From contig CBFFRP010000613.1 of the NCBI GenBank assembly GCA_965644295.1, forward strand, positions 1 to 10,591: a DNA stretch of 10,591 nt, written 5' to 3'. Below are positions 8,994-10,591 of the stretch, one piece after another. Positions within the stretch are counted from its first letter, which is position 1, and each line of letters begins with the position of its first letter. The translations under genes and the position numbers were made by a program. The DNA comes from Paraphysomonas bandaiensis (taxonomy: Eukaryota > Protista > Chrysophyceae). The notes below the pieces were generated by a model. That model worked only from the letters and a program-made list of their open reading frames with translations. It was not told the origin of the DNA and did not search any database.

Positions 8994-9235
8994 ACAGAGA
9001 TACGGACACTCAGATATACGCAGATGATAAGATGATCGTGTGGGCAATGGGCCGTAGAGTGGTTGTGAACGGTTACGAGTGCATGTGTGATGTTGCAGAT
9101 ATGGACTCGTCGCTCTGTCTCTCTGCATGTCTGGCCGGGCTGCTCTGCATGTGTATGCGTGTACTGGGCTGCTGGGTGTATGTATATGTGTGTCCTACAC
9201 TGTATAGACATTCGACTGTACACCATACAGCGTCC

Positions 9236-9253
9236 TGTAGGAATATTCCTACA
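9236..9253. other. Perfect 18-bp palindrome TGTAGGAATATTCCTACA in the divergent intergenic region
   Basis: Sequence equals its own reverse complement; function unknown. Confidence 0.6.
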
Positions 9254-9531
9254 TGTATACCTATACCAGGCATATGTATATGGACCACATCGAGACATCT
9301 ACACGTCTACGAAGACATGGACAACTCAGACTGCTGTATCTCGTGTATATACATATACATACGTAGTATAATACAACGTATTCAAAGAACTGTACATATA
9401 TATATACCAATACAGTATACAGTACATATACATATACAGAGTACTACGTACTGTATGCTGTGTATGGCTCTATGCAGTATATGTATACAGTACTCCGTAT
9501 GCTATCTATGTCTATCTATATGTATGTATAA

Positions 9532-9992
9532 GTATATGGCTATATGCTGTATGCAGTATATGTAGGCAGTATATGTATGTATATGTATGTATATGTATAT
9601 GGCTATATGCTGTATGCAGTATATGTATGCAGCAGTATATGTATGTATATGTATATGTATATGGCTATATGCTGTATGCAGTATATGTATGCAGTATATG
9701 TATGTATATGTATGTATATGTATATGGCTATATGCTGTATGCAGTATATGTATGCAGCAGTATATGTATGTATATGTATATGGCTATATGGCTATATGCT
9801 GTATGCAGTATATGTATGTATATGTATATGGCTATATGCTGTATGCAGTATATGTATGTATATGTATATGGCTATATGCTGTATGCAGTATATGTATGTA
9901 TATGTATATGGCTATATGCTGTATGCAGTATATGTATGCAGTATATGTATGTATATGTATGCAGCAGTATATGTATGTATATGTATATGGCT
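9532..9992. repeat. TATG/TATA-rich compound minisatellite, core unit about 40 bp
   Basis: GCTATATGCTGTATGCAGTATATGTATGTATATGTATATG repeats exactly at 9831 and 9871, with a third copy beginning at 9911. Other copies carry CAG or TATG length variants. Degenerate TA-rich flank extends back to about 9345. Confidence 0.92.
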
Positions 9993-10063
9993 GGCATGCA
10001 TATATTAACATCCACAGCTCCCTCTACCGATATACATATACACCATCCTACTCATAGCCAGGG

Positions 10064-10591
10064 ATGTCTCTGCAGGACCAGTTATTGCAGATCCTGCACA
10101 GCAGTGAAGATGGCGTGTCTGATAATGATCTGAAGCAGCAGTTTGGAGACAGCTACAGCAGCCTCGTGCCCATAATAAACGAGCTGCTTCGGACCAATCA
10201 CATCCAGCTATTCCTTCAGGGGGGCGTACTATTCTATCGGGCGATAGAAGAGGCCATTGCAGCTAAGCTAGAGGGACTGGGGTGAGCTAACGGGCCGCGT
10301 GTGTGTTGTATGGCTCATATATGTATGTATGTGTATCACAGACCGGAGCAGATGCTGGTATATCAGATATGTGAGAAGGCGGGTAACAGGTACTGATACA
10401 GAAGAGATGTTGATGATCTGTGTGATGTGCTTATGTGGGGTGCAGAGGTATATGGACGCGTGATATAAAAATTGCTACGAACTGCCCGCAGCACACTCTC
10501 ACAAAGACACTGAAAATTCTTGAACAACGAAATCTCATCAAGTCGGTGCGGTCTGTGACAAGTAAATCAAAGAAACTGTACATGCTCTACG
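10064..10591 (+). CDS. RPC34: DNA-directed RNA polymerase III subunit RPC6/C34 (5' part, cut by window edge)
   Basis: Exons 10064-10281, 10342-10389 and 10446-end with GT-AG introns of 60 and 56 nt. Spliced product ...KLEGLGPEQMLVYQICEKAGNRGIWTRDIKIATNCPQHTLTKTLKILEQRNLIKSVRSVTSKSKKLYMLY matches the conserved RPC34/POLR3F winged-helix region. Confidence 0.93.

Noticed and set aside
8969-9565. Possible small spliced plus-strand gene in the intergenic region
   Set aside because: Some splice-like sites exist, but no recognisable product results and the sequence is low complexity; unsupported without RNA data.
9544-10133. Y/M/C/V-rich ORFs of 154-186 aa in three frames
   Set aside because: Artefacts of the stop-free TATG minisatellite.

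Overview
Eukaryotic genomic DNA with short (about 40-62 nt) spliceosomal introns. The left 3.8 kb is a nest of two related, apparently non-autonomous Ty1/copia-derived LTR retroelements on the minus strand. Element A (1428-3493, 2066 bp) is structurally complete and young. It has 268-bp TG...CA LTRs differing at one base, an 18-nt PBS, a PPT, a decayed copia RNase H fragment and a 5-bp target-site duplication (GTTAT). It sits inside the last 11 bp of the 5' LTR of an older relative, element B, immediately beside B's PBS. B's interior carries a 146-bp tandem array and runs off the left edge. The middle (4026-8993, minus) is a multi-exon ankyrin-repeat/HECT E3 ubiquitin ligase gene of about 1500 aa, with a probable GC-AG intron and two frame breaks that both fall on G5 homopolymers. 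After a roughly 1.07-kb divergent intergenic region with a 40-bp TATG-rich minisatellite, the RNA polymerase III subunit RPC34/RPC6 gene starts at 10064 (+) and is cut by the right edge. All calls come from manual reading; no database searches were run.
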